A DNA stretch of 64,000 nucleotides from Oculina patagonica (GCF_052425735.1 NC_135769.1:30132001-30196000), one strand, 5' to 3'. Positions 9,016-21,041 are shown, counted from the stretch's first letter. Translations and numbers: made by a program. Notes: generated from the sequence alone by a model not told the origin.

Positions 9016-9276
9016 TTTGACCTAGGGTTTGAGCAGAGCGAGCGATTTGATTTTTAAACGCACTAAGATCCAAGATTTTTAAAAAAGAGTATAAGAAGTT
9101 TTCAGGCTTGGTTTTACAGGCTTGGTTTTCTAGGGTTTGAATTTCAGTTTTTGATTCTAATATTTGATTCCAATATTTGAATCCATTTTTGTCCCATATT
9201 TTGTATCCAGCACTGGAAGTAGTGATGTACTACATCTCTAAGGCAAATTTGCCTCAGAGTGTAGTACATTACTACT
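9016..9276. repeat. Right terminal region (presumed TIR) with short internal repeats and terminal hairpin 9218-9276
   Basis: CTAGGGTTTGA x2, CAGGCTTGGTTTT x2, TTTGA(T/A)TC-type 13-nt unit x3, then AGTAGTGATGTACTACATCTCTAAGGCAAA/TTTGCCTCAGAGTGTAGTACATTACTACT. Partner TIR not in window. Confidence 0.75.
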
Positions 9277-10115
9277 GTCACGAAGGCGAAAACCCAATGA
9301 AAGAATCTTGTCACAATCCTTGGCTCTAAGGAATTTAGCGAGGATTGCTCTCGGCCTTGTGCTTTCACTGGTATTCTTTCCGACACGGTGAACTCTCTGT
9401 ATTTCAACTGTTCCCGCTTCCATGAAACCGAGCTCTCGTTCAAGGAAGCCGCGAATAATTTCTTCGGTGTCTTCTCTTTCATCTTCTTCGGGAATGTTTA
9501 CGAACTTGATAGTCTCGCGACGCGAGTATGCCTCCAAGTATAAATCTTTCGTTTTTAGCTGTTCTTGAAGCGCAGCTAATTCTTCCTGTTTTTTCCTGAG
9601 TTGAAGTAATTGGCTGCTGAATTTGTCCATTTGATCTTTAATTGCTGGTACAGTTGGAGAATTAGTTAGCTTCTCGTCCAACGTGTCAATTCTTTTGTTA
9701 ACGGCTTCGATGTCACATTTTGTCGATACCTCGGCTTCTTCCAGCTTCGTCATTCTCTTTTCAAGGCTAGCGAGGTTAGTCTCTACGTTCTTTACCGACA
9801 CTTCAATGTTATTTAATTTGACGAGTATTACCTCTAATTTGCTGGCAACTTCGTCGGTCATCTCAGGCGCTGTAGCAATTACGTTCTGGTCTTCTTCACC
9901 TTCGGCGATTTGAGATTCGTTCTCGTGGACCGTATTTCTTGGCTTTTTCGGTTCGTTTGCTTCCTCTCCTTCTGACCCTGATGACCGGTTTCTTCGTTTG
10001 GAAATAAAATTCGCAATAACCTCGGCCATAGGCTGTAAACAAGAAGCTAGAAAAGACTAAATTAGCGGGCGGGTTGTAGCACACTCTTTACGCCGCCATG
10101 ATCTCGTCCCAGTCA
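9277..10115 (-). mobile_element. 5' part of a LINE (L1/Tx1-type ORF1, ATG at 10029), interrupted by the Polinton
   Basis: Coiled coil followed by L1 ORF1 RRM motifs LEAYSRRETIKFVNIPE, IQRVHRVG, PRAILAKF. The last 12 aa of the listed ORF are read-through into Polinton DNA. Homology to the paralogous GPCR upstream region (~16130) stops at 10116, defining the 5' junction. Confidence 0.85.
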
Positions 10116-10405
10116 GTTTTCTTGCTATGCTGGCTAGTATATGCTTTGTTTTCACTTTCTTGATCTTCATCTTCCTCTAAGTGGAACAGACTTTCTTAGC
10201 AATCACGTGACTCGCTGTCATGACGTTCGTAATGATGAACTAAAAACATACAAACGAATTCTGGGAACATACAATCGAACCATTCCTTTTGTTTCTTATA
10301 ATTTAAGTTAAAGAACACTGACAAATGATATGAGACTTCAAATTGGAAGTAATCTTTCTCGGAGATGATGCCATGAATAACCTATACTATGTGTCATTTC
10401 AGGCA

Positions 10406-11413
10406 ATGATGTCTTCATTGAATGTGACTGTAGATTCAGGAAGTCTTCCTTATCAGAGATGTCTCATTTCTAACATTCCCGAGAATGTACAGCACACAGT
10501 GCGTGACGTCACCAACTTTATTGTCGTTCCTCTTGACATGCTGGTGGCTTTCTTGTCGCTGATAAGTAATTCCCTCGTTATAACTGCTGTGGTGCGTACA
10601 AGATCTCTTCAACATCCTTCACTGCTACTGCTGTGCAGTCTTTCAATAACTGACTTGCTGTGGGCTTTGTTTTCCATTGTTAGAGACCCCGTTAGATTTT
10701 CGCGTGCAGACCTTTGCCTTGAAGAAAGCGAGGAAGAGCCTTGGTTTGCTTCTTTATGTATGATAACAACCGTCGGTAACCTGGCCATTATAAGTTTAGA
10801 CCGGCGTTTAGCGGTAAGCAAACCATGGTGGTACCGTAACAATGTGAAACGATCACGTGTTTTCAAACAAGCATCTGCCGTTTGGCTTTATAGTTTGGCG
10901 ACATCGGGATTGGTTTACGCAAATGAACATTTCCTTATTCCTGGTATAGTATCGCTGGTTGCCGGCGCTGTATTGTATTTTTTTTGCATCCTTCTCATAA
11001 TTTCGTCTTATATTGGCATATTTATCGCAAATAGAAGGCACAAGCGCACTATGCATCAGCATGGCGGTCAAGTGCTCGCCGCGCTAAAGCGAGAGAAGAA
11101 ATTGGCAAACACGGTAGGTTTGATTCTGATAGTGCTTCTATTCACTTTCTTACCAGCACTTTGTTTCCCGATGGTTCTGTTAATATTGGGATATACCAAT
11201 TCAGAATTCCCTCCTTGGAGGCCATTATATGGTTTCTTTATCACCTTAAATGGGTTAATAAATCCACTGTTAAACTATGGACGGAATACAAACTTTCGTA
11301 GAGCAGTGCGTGACTTAATCCGGTGTCCCCAGTGTGCTGCAAGAGTACTGCCCATCCCTACTGAAAGAAATGAAACAGGCCGAAGAAATCCTTCCGTTGA
11401 GGTAGTTGACTAA
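10406..11413 (+). CDS. Class A GPCR copy A (adenosine/melanocortin-receptor-like, single coding exon)
   Basis: 7 hydrophobic segments; SNSLV, LSITD, DRR, NPLLNY motifs. Start placed at MMSS after a TTTCAG acceptor-like site, matching copy C. Confidence 0.9.
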   Translation: MMSSLNVTVDSGSLPYQRCLISNIPENVQHTVRDVTNFIVVPLDMLVAFLSLISNSLVITAVVRTRSLQHPSLLLLCSLSITDLLWALFSIVRDPVRFSRADLCLEESEEEPWFASLCMITTVGNLAIISLDRRLAVSKPWWYRNNVKRSRVFKQASAVWLYSLATSGLVYANEHFLIPGIVSLVAGAVLYFFCILLIISSYIGIFIANRRHKRTMHQHGGQVLAALKREKKLANTVGLILIVLLFTFLPALCFPMVLLILGYTNSEFPPWRPLYGFFITLNGLINPLLNYGRNTNFRRAVRDLIRCPQCAARVLPIPTERNETGRRNPSVEVVD

Positions 11414-12808
11414 CAGATAATGTGTCTGTCGCTCATAGACTAATAACTGAAGATGTACACATGACGCTGGATTATAATTTCATTTTTCATTTTGTTTATG
11501 TTTATCACCGGCCGACATCGAGATCCTCCATAAGTGGCAGGATAAGTTTTGTTGACGGTGCGAAATTTATGAGCTAGCCACTTGTACTAATTATAAAGAA
11601 GTTGTAGTTAATAAAGCTGAGTAAGTTTAATTTGTCAATTGTCAGAGAGAATTCCACAGAGAACACACCAAAAAAGTCATTGTAGCATCATGTCATTGTA
11701 GAGACTTGGTTAAGGTATTAAAAAAACCCTTAACAGCTTCAGGTTAAGAGTATATTGAAGTATAGAATATTGTTTATCCCAGCCTTATTCTGATGGGTTT
11801 TCAAAACATTTCTCCGCTACCCATTTCCATCTTTAGAGTGTTTAGCCTGCGTTGCAAAACAACTATCGCATATTCTTGGCCCAATAGAATAACACAGCGC
11901 GGACCCAGCCAGAGGACCTCTTGATTCCCGATGCAACACACGAACCTTTCCGAGCCATTACGTCACTTCTCAGGCCGACTGCCACAATGAGGATTAGTCA
12001 AAAGGCCGGAGATGTGAAATGAGAGTAGGAACCTATGTTAGAGAATCCCCGGATGGCTCTTCTATACCTCTCTTGACTTTCTTTGTTGCTAATAGGTTTC
12101 TTTGAGACTGTTGGTTTCAATGGCTCGAGCAGATACGCGAGTGCAAGATGCAATTAACATATAAACGTTCCAGTGGAGATATATTTCGAGATTTCTGTCG
12201 TATTTATGAAAATTCTTTCATCGAAAACAAACTTGCATTGTGTTATATGTAACATAATTTACATCGACTGAGCTTTCGACCAATGGGCTCTGCGAGAATT
12301 CTGTTAGTTATTACAGCGGTGCACTCGAGAGCGTTGAAGTTGCGTGAAAGCAGAGCCTCATAACGAAGAAAATTTGGTAAACCCATCGAGATAAAAAATG
12401 TTGGTTTCCACCCGTACACATGCAGTAAAATGTATAGTTATGAGTTATGAAAATTTAAAAAGCTCTTTTCAAAAGTACCGATTGGATTTGTACCCATGAC
12501 GCGATACTGGGGTAGGCGTATGAACATAATATCAACATCTGATATTTGATATCAATTACTCCATTAAGAAAAAAGCAAAAAAAAAAAAAAAAATATATAA
12601 AGCATGATTTGAATTGAAGATAGAGAGGATATTATTAGTCTAAGAAAAAGAAAAAAAATACCAAATCAGCACTAGTATAAAAGTCATTGTCACATGTCAT
12701 GTTACATCGTACAATGAACGCGACAAATTGTAATCTACGTTTCTGGAAAAATTATATCCGCCATGCTTAAATCCACCCCCAGCAACTCCTGAAAGAGCAA
12801 AAAATTCT

Positions 12809-12879
12809 GGGCTGTCCGGCAGTCGAACCCGGGACCTCTCGCACCCTAAGCGAGAATCATGCCACTAGTCCAACAGGCC
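12809..12879 (-). pseudogene. tRNA-Pro(AGG), degenerate
   Basis: Matches the intact copy at 13517 but has a 1-nt deletion in the 3' acceptor strand, a C->G in the T-stem/B box and a D-stem substitution. Confidence 0.75.
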
Positions 12880-13221
12880 CTTCATGAAACATCTGGTGCC
12901 AATTAATACCTTTTATAACTGGTAACCGTCTATTTCAGAAAGTTCAGTGAATAAACGGTTGACCATCGAGATACCATAGCTCCACCAAGACTTCTGTTTT
13001 TTTTTTCTTTATACTACAAAAGATTTTTTGCACCATTGTATTTTGCCTCTTGTATCTTTGCAACCAAGCAACAGTCATACAATAACCCTTTCAGAAGCTC
13101 GATGCTTGGCATTGAATATTCAAAAAAAGGCACGCTGGTTTTTCCTTGAAAAGAAATCTTAAAAAGTCATTTCAGGTATTGGAATTGTTTCTGTTGAGCA
13201 AAGCAAAATGGAACGCTTCGA

Positions 13222-13262
<41 letters not shown>

Positions 13263-13295
13263 ACTGAACGCGCTAACCGATTGCGCCACGGAGAC
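13222..13295 (-). tRNA. tRNA-Asn(GTT), variant (possible pseudogene)
   Basis: GTCTCCGTGGCGCAATCGGTTAGCGCG TTCAG TTGTTAA CCGAA...; A.C mismatch in the anticodon stem and C32->T relative to the 21042 copy. Confidence 0.75.
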
Positions 13296-13516
13296 TTACT
13301 TGAGGGGAGTCGTGTTTTATTTGTGTGTGAGAAGTATCATTATTTTAATGAGACTTGACTATGAAATTTTACGAGGAACAGTAACGCAGAAAGGGGCAGT
13401 AAGCTCTGGATAGTAAGTGGCCTGACCTTAAGACGACACAGGACAGGTGTTAACTTGCCAGTTAATCAAATGAGTCACAGATTAAGGCCCTCATAAGAAA
13501 GAAAGTTGTTTAGTTT

Positions 13517-13588
13517 GGCCTGTTGGTCTAGTGGCATGATTCTCGCTTAGGGTGCGAGAGGTCCCGGGTTCGACTCCCGGACAGGCCC
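13517..13588 (+). tRNA. tRNA-Pro(AGG)
   Basis: 72 nt; acceptor GGCCTGT/ACAGGCC, anticodon arm CTCGC-TTAGGGT-GCGAG, intact T arm, T-run terminator downstream. Confidence 0.92.
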
Positions 13589-14821
13589 AGATTATTTTTT
13601 GGACCAGGAGTTGCCGTGGGTTGGATTTACACATGGCGGATATTATTTTTCCAGAAACGTGGAATAATGACTTTCTATGGTTGACAAATTTACGGTGTTT
13701 TCAGAAACGCAAATATCGCGTTCACTCTAAAAGGTGACGTGACATGTATCGATGACTTGATAGTAGTGCTGATTTGGTATTTTTTTCTTTTTCTTAGACT
13801 AATAATAACCTCACCATCTTCAAATCAACTCATTTCTAATGAGGCTCTGCTCGCGCGCACCTCCGACGCTTTCGAGACCACCGCTGTAATTATAATAACT
13901 AACAGAATTCTCGCAAGCCTATTGATCAAAAGCTTAGTCGATGTAATTATAAATAATGTAACATATAACACAATGCTAGTTGGTTTTCGATGAAAGAATT
14001 TTGACAAATACGACAAAAAACTCGAAATATATCTTCACAGGAGCGTTTATATGTTGATTGAATCTTGCATTCGCGTATCTGCTCGAGCAGAAAAAGCCAT
14101 TGACCCCCGCAGTCTCAAAGAAACCTATTGGCAATAAAGAATTAAAATAGTCAGGTGTGGTATAGAAGAGCCAGCCGAGGATTCTCATAGATTCCTACTC
14201 TTATTTCACATCTCCGGCCTCTTGACTAATCCTTATTGTGGCAGTCGGTCTTAAGGACGAGGATAGAAGTTACGTGATAGCTCGGAAAGGTTCGTGTGTT
14301 GCATCCGGAATCAAGAGGTCCTCTGGCTGGGTCCGCGCTGTGTTGTTCTATTGGGCCAAAAATAGTCTTGCTATGCTTCGTTTTCAACGCAGGCTATACA
14401 ATTTAAAGATGGAAATGGTTAGCGGGGAAATGTTTGGAAAACCCGTCCGAATAAGGCAATATTTTACACTTCAATAATCTACACTTCAATGTATTCTTAA
14501 CCTGAAGCTGTTAAAGGTTTTTTTTTAATACTCCAACCAAGTCTCTTCATGCTACAATGACTTTTGTGGAGAGTTCTCTGTGGAATTTTCTCCAACAATT
14601 GACAAATTAAACTTACTCAGCTTTATTAACTACAACTTCCTTATAATTAGTACAAGTGGCTAGTTCATAAATTTCGCACCGTCAACAAAACTTATCTTGC
14701 CACTTATGGGAGTTCTCCATGTCGGCCGGTGACAAACATATAAAAAAAAAAATTAAATTATAATCCAGCGTCATGTGTAAATCTTCAGTTATTAGTCTAT
14801 GAGCGACAAACACATTATCTG

Positions 14822-15826
14822 TTAGTCAACTACCTCAGCGGAAGGATTACTTCGGCCTGTTTCATTTCTTTCAGTAGGGAGGGGCAGTACTCTTGCAGCA
14901 CATTGGGGACACCGGATTAAGCCACGCACTGCTCTACGAACGTCTTCATTCCGTCCGTAGTTCAACAGTGGATTTATTAATCCATTTAGGGTTATAAGGA
15001 AACCATACAATGGCCTGAAAGGAGGGAGCTGTGAATTTTTATACCCCAATATTAACAGAACCACCGGAGAAGTAAGTGCTGGTAAGAAAGTGAAAAGAAG
15101 CACTATCAGAATCAAACCAACTGTGTTTGCCAATTTCTTCTCTCGCTTTAGCGCGGCAAGCACTTGACCACCATGCTGATGCATAGTACGCCTGTGGCGT
15201 CTATTTGCGATTAAAATGCCAATATAAGACGCAATTATGAGAAGAACACAAAGAAAATAAAATGGAGCACCAACAACTAGTGCAACTTTTATAGGGACAA
15301 GGGAATGCTCACTTGCGTAAAGCAATGCCGATGTCGCCAAACTATAAAGCCAAACGGCAGATGCTTGCTTGACAACACGTGGTCGTTTCACATTGTTACG
15401 GTACCACCATGGTTTGCTTACCGCTAAACGCCGGTCTAAACTTATAATGGCCAGGTTACCGACGGTTGTTATCATGCATAAAGAAGAAAACCAGGGCTCT
15501 TCCTCGCTTTCTTCAAGGCAAAGATCTGCACGCGAAAATCTAACGATGTCTCTAACAATGGAAAACAAAGCCCACAACAAGTCAGTCATTGAAAGACTGC
15601 ACAGCAGTAGCAACGAAGGATGCTGAAGGGACCTCGTGCGCACTACTGCTGTTAGAACGAGGGAATTACTTATCAGCGACAGGAAGGCCACCAGCATGTC
15701 AAGAGGAACGACAATAAAGTTGGTGACGTCACGCACTGTGTGCTGTACATTCTCAGGAATGTTAGAAATGAGGCATCTCTGATATGGAAGACTTGAAGTT
15801 ATTGTCTCATTTACTGGGGACATCAT
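14822..15826 (-). CDS. Class A GPCR copy B
   Basis: Intact paralog of 10406-11413; start at MMSP. Confidence 0.9.
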   Translation of the reverse strand: MMSPVNETITSSLPYQRCLISNIPENVQHTVRDVTNFIVVPLDMLVAFLSLISNSLVLTAVVRTRSLQHPSLLLLCSLSMTDLLWALFSIVRDIVRFSRADLCLEESEEEPWFSSLCMITTVGNLAIISLDRRLAVSKPWWYRNNVKRPRVVKQASAVWLYSLATSALLYASEHSLVPIKVALVVGAPFYFLCVLLIIASYIGILIANRRHRRTMHQHGGQVLAALKREKKLANTVGLILIVLLFTFLPALTSPVVLLILGYKNSQLPPFRPLYGFLITLNGLINPLLNYGRNEDVRRAVRGLIRCPQCAARVLPLPTERNETGRSNPSAEVVD

Positions 15827-18800
15827 TGCCTGAAATGAAACGTGGTATATGTTATTCATGGCGTCATCCCCGATAAAGATTACTTCCAATTTGAAGTCTC
15901 ATATCATTTGTCAGTATTCTTTAACTTAAATGATAAGAAAGAAAGGGAATGTTTCGATTTTATGTTCCCAGAATTCGTTTGAATGTTTTTAGGTAATCAT
16001 TACGAAACGTAATGACAGCGAGTCACGTGGTTGCTAAGAAAGTCTGTTCCAGTTAGAGGAAGAAGAAGATCAAGAAAGTGAAAACAAAGCATAAAATTAA
16101 GTAGCATACTAGCCAGCATAGCAAGAAAACCGAAGATGATAGGCAACTAAATCATCGTCCCTTGATAAGGAGAAGAAATGCCGCCAGATTGATTATTATC
16201 AGATTTTCTTTGAATATCAATAACTTTTGGCCTTCTTAATTCCAATATATTTTATTTATGTAATCAATATTTGAATTTTTGAAAAAGGATTGCGACAGCC
16301 TTCTTGCGGTTTTCAGTGAAATGCTACCTCTGAAATTCAATCCTCGACTAACAGGTTTACGCTTTCTGCTGCCGTCAATCATCTTAGCGGACCTCTTGGG
16401 AAACATAAGTTCACTACAACCGGGTCAAAAGGTCACGACTGTCAGTTGTGATTGGTAGATTTCGATCCATATTGTTTGTTTCTGTTTGTCATGGTTAATC
16501 GACATTAATGACCTCGTACGAGTGGTCATCCCCCCTTTTTGGCCTTTTAGTCGCCGGGGTTTCTATATCTGGAGCCGTATGATGAGCCTTGAGCGCTCCG
16601 GCATCCGCATCACTTGCGACTTGTGGACTGAAAAGTGCATTCCGGAGCAAATTTAATACATCCGGGATCCTTAAAAAGTTCGGAAACAGAATCTGTACCT
16701 TTGCTGGAACCTTGTTGAACCGTACTGCCCGAAGGTTGTCCGTCGATGGCGGGGATAACAGCCGGATTATCCACATCACTGCCCGGTAGCCGCCATGCTT
16801 TCCACAGAGCGAAATAAAATGGCGAGGAGAGGAGAAGCGCGCGGGGTTTTATGGGACTTGGTCTATGTTAATTTTCAACTATGTTCTGGTTAAGCTTTGA
16901 ACACGCTGTAATTTTGATTGTGCAGAGCGAAATAAAGTTGGTTACACATTGTTATATGAGACGACTGTTCGGAAGTATAATTATGATCAACGGCAGCGAA
17001 AAACGCAATCGCTAGTTGGATTTTGAATTTCAGAGTTCGCATTTCACTGAAAACCGCAATAAATAGAGTTAGTGAAATCATGTTGATGCTTGATGTTTTT
17101 ACGCAAACTTGGCAAATGAATGTTTGGTTTAGGTCAGGTGCTTTTTATATCTGGTAGGAAGGAAAATCTACTGGCTAAAATCGATCAGGTTATTGGCTTG
17201 AACAAGTAGCGAAATACTTGTGTTTGGAAGCAAAGTGTCCTTGTAACCATAGTTACCGCTAATCCTGACTATTATCACTGACAGGGATGCTAACGATCTT
17301 CTACACTCATTCTTTGGCGAGAAAACAAATGAAGTATGATTTTTCAATATCGCTGTCTAAGCTTTCGTTAAACTAACACATTTTTGTAAGTTTGCAATTA
17401 CCTTGTCATGGAAACGTAAGAAAAGACCCTGAGAAAAATCGGATGGATTCTCTAAATGCCGTGGAACGTAAAACAAAATGTTGCCGTACTTACTTCCTGT
17501 CAAGACGGTGTTCTCAGTGATTTCAACGGCCACGATCGTCGATAACGTTAGTTGATTAAGTTGGCGTCCAGAAAAAGTTAAATTTTCAAATTATTCGCCG
17601 GAGGATCGTTGAAGCATAAAAAGATCTGATTTCTGATCAAAGTATGATGGATGGGATGAATTTATAGTCATCTGTATGTCAAAATATATTCAACAACAAC
17701 TGCACATTTCCCACAGTCTTTTGGCTTTTCTCATTGATGGATTGTTTTCCGACATAGTAATAACACTCAGGCTACCGAGCCATTACTGATTAGCAGAAAC
17801 TACAATCACTTCCGCGAGACATTAATTAGTAGTTGCGATTAATTTTGCAATTGGACCAACTTTCTTTAGTTTATTGATCTTGACATAAAGGTTAAAATTA
17901 GTTATCGGTAAGGTAAAAGCTTATTTTAATATTAAGCCTCACATGCACATCCACGTCACTCTGTTGTATGGTGACCTCGCAAAAAATAAATAAAAATGCT
18001 TAGCTTAAAACTGTTTATTTTTTATGACATTTTCACTGTAAGTTTTAGACAATTTAATGTTTTCTTCGTTATATGTTCTTAATTTTATGCAAACAGCCTT
18101 TGTGAATAACATTTGCCAGAACAGATGTTTAAGGGAGAAAACGAAGCAAATAACGAAAACTTTTAATGTTACCAGCTTCGCCAAGCAACGACAATCTCTG
18201 CCAACGCAGAAAAGGATAACTATTTTTCGTTCGTTTTTATTTCCTCTGGAAAACTTCAATATTAAGCATCGTGAGAAGTACAGAATTTCGTTACTTCAAA
18301 TATAACCTTCCGACTCTGTTATAATACTTGTTTACTGTCTAGCCAATCGAAATGAATTAATAAGAAAATTAAATGTATTTCAATTCTGCCTTAACTGGAC
18401 AGCTGTTCGGGCATCATTATATTTTCCAGTTGATACAGTCCATTTATTTAATTTACGAAAATATGATTTGGTGTTTAAAGGCGATAAAGAAAATATACGT
18501 ATCAAACTGACATGTATCATTGCCTACGGAAAAGAGAAAAAAAAAATAGCAAGGAAAATGCAGTTTGTGAAAAAAAGAAAATAACAAAATCGAAGCAAAA
18601 AAATGAACTGTATTTAATATTTAGAAATTTTCTTTCACGTGTATTACAACTGTTTACTATTTTATTTATTTTAAAATTTTAGCTCTGTTTGATATATCTT
18701 CCATAATTGCCCACATTGACTGGGAACGTGTATTGGATAACTCTTTTTCAAATAAACATCTTGATGGAATTAATGATGAATTAAATTTGATGTGAGCTTG

Positions 18801-20650
18801 GTTTCAGTCGTGTTTTTACGCCGTCAGTTGTGCAACTTCATGAAAAAAGCATTTTTTTTTTACTTCTTTTACTTTTTTATATTACCAAAACGTTAATTCT
18901 CTAGTTTGCTCGTGCGATCATTTTTCAACAGTTTGCGCTGGTTTTGTGATTAATCAGAATTAACGAAACACGGCTTTTAGAGCGCGGTTTTTACAAAGGA
19001 TATCACGACTTAAACGAACTCGTATCTCTGCGCATTAGCAGACTGTTTCAGCTGAAAATAATGCCCTGACAGCTGTCGAAAAAGCAGTTCTATAGAACTA
19101 GATATTTTCCTTTATTTTATAGTAGATAATTTCCTTTATTTCATTTCGATCGGCTAGACAGTAAACGAATATTACCACGTCGGTCGGTTATATTTCCAGA
19201 AAGCTTTTCATGTAAATCCCACGATACTCAAATAGGAGTTTTCTGCTGGAAGTTAATAAGCACTAGATGATTAGTTGCTGCTGATTAGGTCCGGTTAAAT
19301 AATAATAAATAAAAATCTTTAGTTCCTTTGCTCTCTCACTTAAAGTATTTTGAGAAAGGATATTTTCAACAGGACGTGTTGGCCTAAAATTAAGAACATC
19401 AACGAAGAAATGTGATTAAGTCACTGAGATTAAAGGTGAAATAAAATTATATAAATAAAATTGCTGAAATCAATGATATGTAACTTATTTGTGAGTGCTA
19501 GGTTTGTATTGTAAACTTGAGGTGTGTGGCTGGTGAATCTTTCAAATTTTAATTATATTGAAAACGGAAATCATTAATTGCTAAGAATGTCTTAAAAAGA
19601 AAGTGAAAAGCCGGGAAGAAGAGAGACACCACGGCGGAAGGGACGACGGCCCCCGAACCGACGGGAGGCCAGGCGCGGGCCGGTCCAGCGCTGTGAACTC
19701 TCTTCATGATCAACTTTTACCGCTAACTAATTTGATTCATTTTGTGCCGAAATTTACGTCAATGGAAGCTACAAAGGTTAAATGCATAAAATAAAATTTG
19801 TTTAACTACGAAATTACAATAAGATCTCGCGGAAGTGATTGTAGTTTTCGTTAATAATGGATCGGTGGCTAGAAATTGTTGAATAAGTCGGTAAGGTAAA
19901 CCTTCAATCGGAAAGACGAAAAGACTGTGAGAAAAGTGCAGTTGTTGTTGAATATATTTAGATTTGTAGATACTGACTCAATAATTCGGCTCACAATAAA
20001 TAACTGACAGATAAGAGATCATACGCTTCTTTCGCGCGCTCATTCTCTGTGACCCCAGCTAAATTTATTCTCTAATACGATACTCAAGCTTTCCACAACT
20101 GTCCCTCAGTATAATCCACGGAAAGCCTTTTTCTGTAGTTTGATCATTATTTAAGGAAATCCAGTCGGGAAAACGTTTTTCAGATCGAAAACAAAGAGGT
20201 GCTTTATTAGTGACAGGAAATCATCGTTAACCCTATTTACATCTCCGATCATAAACTTTATCGATTATTTCCCTTTAAATATGTGCTTTTCTTTTTTTGT
20301 GTGTTTGTTTTTTATATATATATTCATATATAGGAAGTAAACTTTAACTGACTTTAAAGGCATATTTTGTCATTCAAACGGCGTGGGATAACATGAAAAT
20401 CAACGCGTTTTCGCAAGCTCTATTACCCTATTGCTAATTTTTGACATCTTCTGATATTAAAGATAAACGAGTTAAAGTGTGGAGTTACAGATGAAGGGGC
20501 AATGTACGGTTTGTGATAGACAGTCGTTTCTGAAAACATTGTTATGTCAACCTTACCAAATGAAGTCACTATTCTACGTTTCTGAAAAAAAGATAATCGC
20601 CATATGTAAGTCCACCCTACAGCAACTCCTGGAAAGGGCAAAAAAATTCT

Positions 20651-20722
20651 GGGCCTGTCCGGCAGTCGAACCCGGGACCTCTCGCACCCAAAGCGAGAAT
20701 CATGCCACTAGACCAACAGGCC
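20651..20722 (-). tRNA. tRNA-Pro(TGG), T-stem variant
   Basis: Full 72 nt, loop TTTGGGT; GGTTCGACTGCCGG gives a G.G mismatch closing the T loop. Confidence 0.75.
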
Positions 20723-21041
20723 CTTCGTGATACATCGATTGCCAATTAATACCTTTTATAACTGGTACCAGTCTATTTCAGAAAGTTGAATAAACGGTTC
20801 ACCATTGTGATACCATAGCTCCACCAAGACTTCTGATTTTTTCCTTTATACTACAAAAGATTTTTTGCACCATTGTATTTTGCATCTTGTATCTTTGCAT
20901 TTAAGCAACAGTCATACAATATCTCTTTCAAAAGCACGACGGGAGGGATAGAAGTGTTGGACATTGGCATTGAATACTCGAAAAAAGGGCACGCTGGGTT
21001 TTCCTTGAAAATAAATCTTAAAAAAATAATTTCAAATATTA

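Larger units (their letters stand above)
1..9276. mobile_element. Polinton/Maverick (polintovirus), right-hand portion; left part lies outside the window
   Basis: Dense, intronless, AT-rich ORF block with an A32-like ATPase and protein-primed PolB. Ends in ACTACT (9271-9276), the reverse complement of the AGTAGT Polinton terminus, exactly where an unrelated LINE ORF1 is cut. Confidence 0.92.
10116..16130. repeat. Inverted duplication: arm 10116-12880 versus 13517-16130 (and versus 21242-24010)
   Basis: GPCR, its upstream region, its 3' flank and tRNA-Pro all recur in reverse complement around a ~640-bp spacer carrying tRNA-Asn. Confidence 0.9.

Noticed and set aside
9238-9276. C-terminus SSNVLHSEANLP of the listed 263-aa ORF
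   Set aside because: Read-through into the Polinton hairpin; not part of LINE ORF1.
10343-10405. N-terminal extension MEVIFLGDD of GPCR A (and 15827-15889 of B)
   Set aside because: Starts at TTG, is closed by stops in copy C and ends in a TTTCAG acceptor-like site; probably intron.
14238-14477. Repeated ORF MAVGLKD... (also within 21950-22366)
   Set aside because: Similarity is due to the recent duplication; the third copy near 11900 has an indel and no protein motif is recognisable.
16400-16870. GC-richer insertion with ORFs on both strands, only in duplicate B
   Set aside because: Looks like a frameshifted TE gag-like fragment, but no diagnostic motif or ends could be defined.
19590-19710. 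GC-rich insertion absent from the paralogous site
   Set aside because: No structure or TSD; may be a garbled repeat or low-quality consensus.
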